This document shows positions 56,516 through 64,000 of a stretch of 64,000 nucleotides of DNA, one piece after another. The notes below the pieces were generated by a model. It was not told the DNA's origin. It did not search any database and was given only the letters and a program-made list of their open reading frames with translations. The stretch spans positions 272,676,001-272,740,000 of the forward strand of contig OZ024743.1 of the NCBI GenBank assembly GCA_964016885.1. The letters are read 5' to 3'. Source of the stretch: Eledone cirrhosa. Lineage: Eukaryota. Numbering within the stretch: position 1 is the first letter of the stretch; every line of letters begins with the position of its first letter. The position numbers and the translations under genes are program-made.

Positions 56516-57209
56516 TTACCACTAATAGTTTAAAGATTTATTTCTTTTCTTCAAGCTGTCCATGACATTATCTCGGAATATTCAATATGTTGTTTCCTTT
56601 CACACACTAAATACATTCATATACAACTTTTGCTGTCTTTTCTAGATTGTATCTTAACCGAATTTATAATTACCATTAACAATGTTAACATGTGTTGCAC
56701 ATATCGTAAACACTCCTCACCTCACCACCAACCCACGCACATCTACACAACCTACACTAGTCACCCCCGTACCACAAACCCCTCTCTTTTAAACAACCAC
56801 GGCAGCAACTAATCTACTGACGGACCACCACCACCCACATTACTAACCCCTTCTCCCCCATACTCCACCACCTACACACACCTACCCAACACCACTAACA
56901 ACCAAGTTCACCCTGACATCACCATACACCAACAAACGTATACACTCACATACATACACAACAGAAAAAAGTCACACACACTAACGCACGCTCCACTTCA
57001 GAAACATACCCATACATTAACAGTTTACCTGTTACACCCATGTGACCCTCCATCGTTAGCCTCATCAACAGCACTAACTAATTAACGAACCTATCACTCT
57101 TCACACCTCACCAGCCATCTACGTTCGCTTCCTATCACCAGTACAGACACCCTGCAACCCCCACTACCAACAACCTCTACTGACACCTTCTCCTCCTACC
57201 TACTACTAT

Positions 57210-57242
<33 letters not shown>

Positions 57243-57570
57243 ACACACATAAACAGAGGCTACAAGCATAGCTCCCTCCCAAATCACTTCCGTTCTGCGT
57301 GCACTACTACCTCTCTCTGCCTCCTTCCAATCGTACTGATACTTCTTGACCACCTCTCTGGACTGGATTACACGTGAATACTCCGATACACACGCACACT
57401 CATTTCATCCTTTCGGCACACACGCATGACATCTATGTACCCTATACTTCGGCCCCCAACCCCAAAGCCGGACCTTTCGCCTACCACCCGCAAGCTATTA
57501 ATCTCCTCCCAATACACTTTTACACTTTTCCTAACTTTCATACACCTTTATCTTCTCTCCTCATCCGAAC

Positions 57571-57606
57571 TTTTCTGATGATGGAATTCTGTCCGAAAAG
57601 TCGAAA
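57571..57606 (+). ncRNA. Minimal hammerhead motif with damaged stem III, at the end of a C/A-rich pseudo-LTR-like block (about 56700-57690)
   Basis: tttt CTGATGA t gga attctg tcc GAAA ag TC gaaa. Confidence 0.6.
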
Positions 57607-58943
57607 AATTGAGCCCTCCTCCATTTCCTCCAAGCGGGAACACATGTATTTTTGCATCCCTGACTTTGTTTTGTTTCCTTAACAACTATATATATATATA
57701 AGGTTATAGTGTAATACATAGTTCACCATTTTCATTAGTAAGATGAGATAAGCTCAATGCACTTTTTTACCCTTCGTTCTTCAGCGAATAATACTGATAA
57801 TATCTATTTTTACCCCACAATTGGATGAGATACTCTGGCCACATTGAAACACCCGTAGCTATGTATGATTAAATAATAATAATATCAATCCTTGGTCTTA
57901 TTGAATGTAGAATTAAATAAGTATTAAATAACATAAGAAAAAGCAAATCATAGTTGTGAAAAAGATGAGAATAACCTGAGATTGGTAAATTTATACCCAT
58001 ATTCAAACGGAATTAATATCTTTAGAAATTCGAATGTATCAAAGCATTTATGTGAAACCTGAAAGATTATTATCAATACATAGATTAGCAGAATTCAAGA
58101 CGTAATACAGAACTGTGATTAGTCTCAAATGTATATGTCGCTAGTTCTAATCTGGTCGGGATAGATTTCCACATTTCAATGTTGATAAAATATATATACA
58201 ACATAACTCTAAAATAATTATGCCAATTTATCAAAATATGAAATCATAATCATTCTGTAATTAAGAAGTTCGTTTTGTAACCACTACGTTGCACGCTGAG
58301 CAAGTATTTTTCATCATAACATCTCCTCTATTCTGTCTGCCGGGACCGCTAGGCGGCCAGCGCGTGGAATCCAATTTGCTCATAATAGTGAGTGACATGG
58401 GAGTTTAGTTCCTTTGTGTTCGGAGCTGGTGTATATGTATGTATATATTTACCACACCACATGTTACATTTCTAATTTGTTTGTACAAGAAAGTTATGGA
58501 ATCTATTCTCGTTATATTCCTATAACATGTCATATTTTATAAAACCTTATTCACAGATAAAATCCATGTGAGTCGAAATTAGTAGGCGCAAATAAAGCAA
58601 GTCATATCTGTAGAACTGTCTTCCCATACACGATGAATTGGCAGAGTCGTTAAAACGTTGGAGAGAATGCATTGCGGTATTCTTTCTGGAGGTCCTCGCT
58701 CTGAGTTCAAAGCCTACCATGATCAACTTTGTCTTTTATCCATTCGAGATCAATCTAAAGAGTTCCAGTCCAGTACTGGGGTCGATACATGCTCTATATT
58801 TATTTCTTAATTTCTGTCTGTTTCTCTCTACTACTGTGGAAGAAATCGGCCGTTCAGACATGGAGAGGAGATGGGCTCCACCGGGTTTTAAAAAGGAATG
58901 CCGTATATCACTTGTACGCCGGGAGGTACGAGTATACATGCAA

Positions 58944-59278
<335 letters not shown>

Positions 59279-62200
59279 TATATACACATATGCATTTGCG
59301 AATGTAGGCAACAGCTTTTCCTCTGCATTTGTTAGAGAAAAAAAACATTTGTTTTGTGGTTTAATTTATGAGTTTTTATTTATATTCCCGTATTCTAGCG
59401 TTTCTCAAACTTCTTGGTCTTATTTAAATGAAGTGTGTATGAGTTAATGCTTTGTATACTCCAATGCTTTAGTACGCATTAAAGACATTGGAAATATTGT
59501 AACAGGTGAAATAGAATTCGTCTTTCTTCTAACTTCAATCAATGTTCCTTCTAAATTTCCCAGCCAGTGAGTGGAACGTTTGACCCTTTGAGATAAATAT
59601 ATTAGCTACTGCGCGGCAACATTTCATGTGCGTGGTTGTAAGACAATGAATAATCAGCTGCGCACCCACGCAAAATACGTTTTAATTTCTTCAAAACATT
59701 ACATTTACACTTACAATAAATACAGTTAGTCTTCTGCTTTCTCTATCCAACTAAAAGGAAAATTTCAAATCCTTAGATAGTTTTTGCTCATATAATTCAA
59801 TACACCACAACCTACAAGCATTATTCTGCATCAGCTGTCTGACAAAATTGTATAGAGCAGAAATATACCAGCAACTCTGAACACAAAAATTTAGTTTGAA
59901 ATTTTATTTAATTTATAGTTGTTGAATATGCGAGATAAAAGTTTCCCTTTGGATAATCTTTAGATTGTAATATCAACAGAAGATTCTCTTTTTCAACGTT
60001 GAACTATAACAAGATATTTACTTTATCGACTTTCAATTGGAAGTAAAGCAAAATTATTCAGGACTTAATTACAAAGCTATAAACTATCAAATATCAATCA
60101 TTGGCAGAGGCATATATATAGATGTAATCTTGCAACATTTTCAAACCTTTCATGAATACCAGCGATGAAACACATTCGAGCAGAAACTTGCAGTAAAATA
60201 GACAACGTAAGCAACACATGTTAGACAATCAGGTATAATTCACTGCGGAAGTTGTTGGTCTTTTGTCTCTCTGAAGTTTAATTCCCACCAAGGTCACATT
60301 TACCCTTTACAGTTTCGGTAAAAAGAAATGATGTACTTGCCCATTACTAAGATCGATTCTTCTCCTCCCCGTCTCTCTCATCGAATCTTCTGCGTTACAC
60401 GTATCTAAACAGTCTTGACAGACCGCTCACAGTGTCCTATTTTACAAAAACGAAGAAGGTTTGAGTGAGGTGGTAACAACCTCTTCTTGTTTGTCCTGAA
60501 ATCAAATCTCACCGTCACATACTTGGTAGACTTATTCCGTCGTCTAGTATAATATCAGCTCCTTGGCATTGGGTGATTTAGCGAAGTCTCAACCTTTTGC
60601 ATGTATTCAGGCCAGGTCTCTGGTTTGAGGACATTTTCCGCTCACTTTCCAGCCGACTATCATCACACATACTACTGCAGCTATCACCCAACCAGAACAT
60701 TCACTACCCCGACCAACACATACCTCTGCTATCACCAATTGCTAACATTATCGTTTCCAAAACAACCACTGCCAATATCACTAGTAAAAGCAATATCACT
60801 ACGCCGCGCCACTACCACCACTATTATTATTATAAACATTATGATTAATACTACCATAATCATCACTATCATCCTATTGGCCACCATTTTCACTGATATA
60901 TATATATCAACTACCATCTGTTTTGTTGGAGTAAATACTCTTCTATGAGATATATATTCAAAATATCGACATCACGAATAATTTGGTACAAATATTCTAC
61001 CTATCAGTAGATATCCTCAGGCAAGACACTACTAATATCTATAGAAAGTGTTATCAAACTCTTACATATATAAATTGAAAACACCGAAAGCATGTTTATC
61101 GTGTCTGTAATATCTTTATGCTATTTTTGAAAATTTTAATCTCCTGCTATTAGTTTTACTTATTGAACTGCGGCCATGCCGGAGCACTGCTTTTAATTTG
61201 TTTAGTCAGTTTTATCTACTCATCTACCGTCAATAACGACCGAACGTTATTCTTCATATATCCTGTAATTGTTATGCTATAAGAAAGTGTTTCTATTGAA
61301 GTTGCATATTTGTATATTTTATAAACTTTTTCAGAACAAAAAATCACTGACATTTAAGAACGATTTCTTCGAGTCAATGCTCATATAATATATAGTCACA
61401 TTGAATATTAATAATGGAGCTTGAGCAAGTTTTTTTTACAATTTTTTATTTTTCTACTCATTTTTGTAGAAATATGTTAGAAGAATAAAATGTTTTAACG
61501 TTATACCCTGGCTATTCACCCATGGTTATCTATGTGCTCTGTCCTTCTGAATGCATGCAACTTGTAGGATTTATTTACTTGAAGCTGGATTCCTAATACT
61601 TTTATGGATAATGCCGGTGATGAAATAAAATGTCTTGATGATCGCGGAACTACATTGGGCCCTGAGATCTTGTTCACGTAACTTTTTATACCTGAACTTT
61701 TACCCTTTCGATTTATGGATATATATTATACACACAGACACACGCCATCGGTTTGTACAATTTTCCCTTGTTAAATTTTACTGAGATGGTATTGGTCATT
61801 CTCAGGGTATGGAAGTAGACAATTGTAGAATGGATCAGAGAAAAACCATAGCATTACGAAGGAAATTTTTAAGCACCGCTCAATGCCATGATAATTACCT
61901 AAATTGACAACAATCATTTTTATAATATACCTACTACGCATAATCAGATACTTAATATAATTTCGAATAATATCAACAATGACACAGATTTCGATGTCTA
62001 GCAAGTTTAGAGGTTTTCAGGGGTGAAGGAGGTACAAAGTTGAACCTCACCGTCCAAGTTATATTAATACTCCAGCGTTATTCTTTTTAACCCTTCCATT
62101 AACAACAAAACAATATCAGTAAGACAATGTTATTGAAATTAAATAATGCATCTGATTTTTGAGCAAGCATTGAAAAAGAAAGGACACACTGATTACTGTA

Positions 62201-62510
62201 GTAATAGATACAGTGTTTTAAAGATAAACAGTATGATCGCAGGGAGCGGTACCTGGATATTTAGTACCCTAATCTAGCTCTACAACGTGCGGCTCGCTCC
62301 ATCATTCAATTATGAGCCACATTCTCAGAAATGAATACCTTCAACTTACAATATGGCAATCTGACAAACCTAGTTTTCTCTTATCAGACAAATAAAATTA
62401 CTAATCCTGTATTCTCTACCACACAAACCATACTCACTCATGCCAAATGTTATGTCATCATACCACACGACTCTTTCCACAGCTTTGGCTATTTCGAAAT
62501 ATTTGATCTA

Positions 62511-62558
62511 GGAAATTACATATGAAATTACATATGAAATTACATATGAAATTACATA
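62511..62558 (+). repeat. 12-bp minisatellite (gaaattacatat), four copies
   Basis: Direct reading. Confidence 0.9.
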
Positions 62559-62796
62559 CGTTGAAATCTTTTTGTTCAATGAAGACCGCCATGGCGTTAA
62601 ACCAGAACACAAAAATATACCTAAGAAATATGTAATAAATAAACTTCTTTGATAAGTAACAAAAATAATGGAAAATCAAAATTATATATCCTCACATTTC
62701 TTGACATCTTTACGTAATGGATCATCGCTGTATTGGAACAATAGTCTAATATCTACTAAGCCTGCAGTAAGGTATATATATTTCTCACACTAATTA

Positions 62797-62925
62797 TCGG
62801 CGGGATCTGAGTTCAAATCCCGCCGAGGTTGACTTTGCCTTTCATCCTTACGGGGTCGATAAAATAAAGTACCAGTAATGCACTGGGTATTTGCTGGCCT
62901 TGTGCCTAAAGGTAGAAACAACTAA
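62797..62925 (+). mobile_element. 5'-truncated SINE
   Basis: Runs from the B box to the 3' end. Confidence 0.85.
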
Positions 62926-63191
62926 TTATTTAAATTAATGACCTCATTATAACATTAGCATATAGAAAGCGTTCTTTGATGAACTCTATTATTCAGATTT
63001 CGAAATCAACAGGAGCGAATATATTATTTTATTTCGTTTTCCGTTGCAGGAAAAGAGACGTCTAATTAAGATCTATATTGTGAATTGCTGAAAACCCAAG
63101 GAAATTTAGAATGCTAGAAATAACAGCTAAGCGACAATATTCTGAATATAGAAAATAAAGCTTAATTTCGTTTCAACATTATTTTAACCGG

Positions 63192-63380
63192 TGGGGCGAT
63201 GGATTGGCAGTATCGGTAAAGGGTCGGACGCCATGCTTTGCAGCAAAGAGTTATGGCCCTTTGTGGTCTGAGATCAAATCCCGCCGGTTAACTTTGCCTT
63301 TCATTCTTACGGGTCGATAAAATAAAGTGCCAGTAATAGACTGGGATAATTTTGGCATTGTGCCAAAAGTGGAAACAATT
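63192..63380 (+). mobile_element. SINE with target-site duplication attattttaac
   Basis: Consensus match; duplication near 63178 and 63378. Confidence 0.85.
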
Positions 63381-63481
63381 ATTTTAACTCGCTATAAATC
63401 AAGGAAAACATTTTTGCAAATACCACTGAAAAATGCTTAGTATGAGTGATGAACGTTTACCACATGGACGATTCTAAGGAG

Positions 63482-63531
<50 letters not shown>

Positions 63532-63538
<7 letters not shown>

Positions 63539-64000
63539 GAATTGGAGCTCTGAAATAGCAATATATATATATGTATATATAATGTATTTTGCAATACACT
63601 TTATGCTTAATTAAAAGCATTTTGAAGACCGTATGCTATTGTTTTAGAGTAGTGACAAGCTCACTTACTTTAATCTCAGCAAACAAGGGGAGATAAGCCG
63701 ACAAGGCCTTGTTTCGCATTTATTGATGCTTATCAAGGCTAACTACTCCCTCCTGTCTACGGAGATCACTGATGTTATATTCTTATAGAATTCTAGTAAA
63801 TAATCAGGAACTGATTATACAGAGCGGTTGCCGGTCAGGCAGAAATTAAAAATTAGAAATTGCAAAATACATTATATATACATCCATATATATATATTGC
63901 TATTTCAGAGCTCCAATTCTAATTTTTAATTTCTGCCTGACCGGAAACCGCTCTGTATAATCACTTCCTGATTATTTACTAGAATTATATAAGAATATAA
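63532..64000. repeat. Interleaved inverted duplications around an HHR pseudo-LTR, running off the window end
   Basis: 63532-63570 versus 63888-63926; 63775-63857 versus 63918-64000. Confidence 0.85.
63696..63740 (-). ncRNA. Type I hammerhead ribozyme, U3:A8 core variant
   Basis: agcc TTGATAA gcat caataa atgc GAAA caaggccttg TC ggct. Confidence 0.85.

Overview
This is AT-rich eukaryotic DNA dominated by (TA)n, (CA)n and (TATG)n microsatellites. The tRNA-derived Nin/Deu-domain SINE and the repeat style suggest an octopod cephalopod (inference). I see no intact host gene, and most ORF-track entries are microsatellite translations. The window is a nest of retroelements: five Penelope-like element (PLE) coding remnants (RT and/or GIY-YIG), several with inverted pseudo-LTRs, a 5'-truncated CR1-group LINE, RTE fragments, more than 12 SINE copies, a mariner-type MITE and a 561-bp tandem array. 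The main hidden signal is RNA-structural. Reading both strands by eye, I find 26 type I hammerhead-ribozyme (HHR) motifs, some degenerate, from about 15 unrelated sequence families. Most have a family-specific palindromic stem III. Four families carry the compensatory U3:A8 core (UUGANAA) and two carry A at core position 4. Two families are non-coding units of about 430-510 bp that look like non-autonomous retrozymes, one of them in head-to-tail tandems. All folds were derived manually, none are experimentally or computationally verified, and boundaries are approximate.
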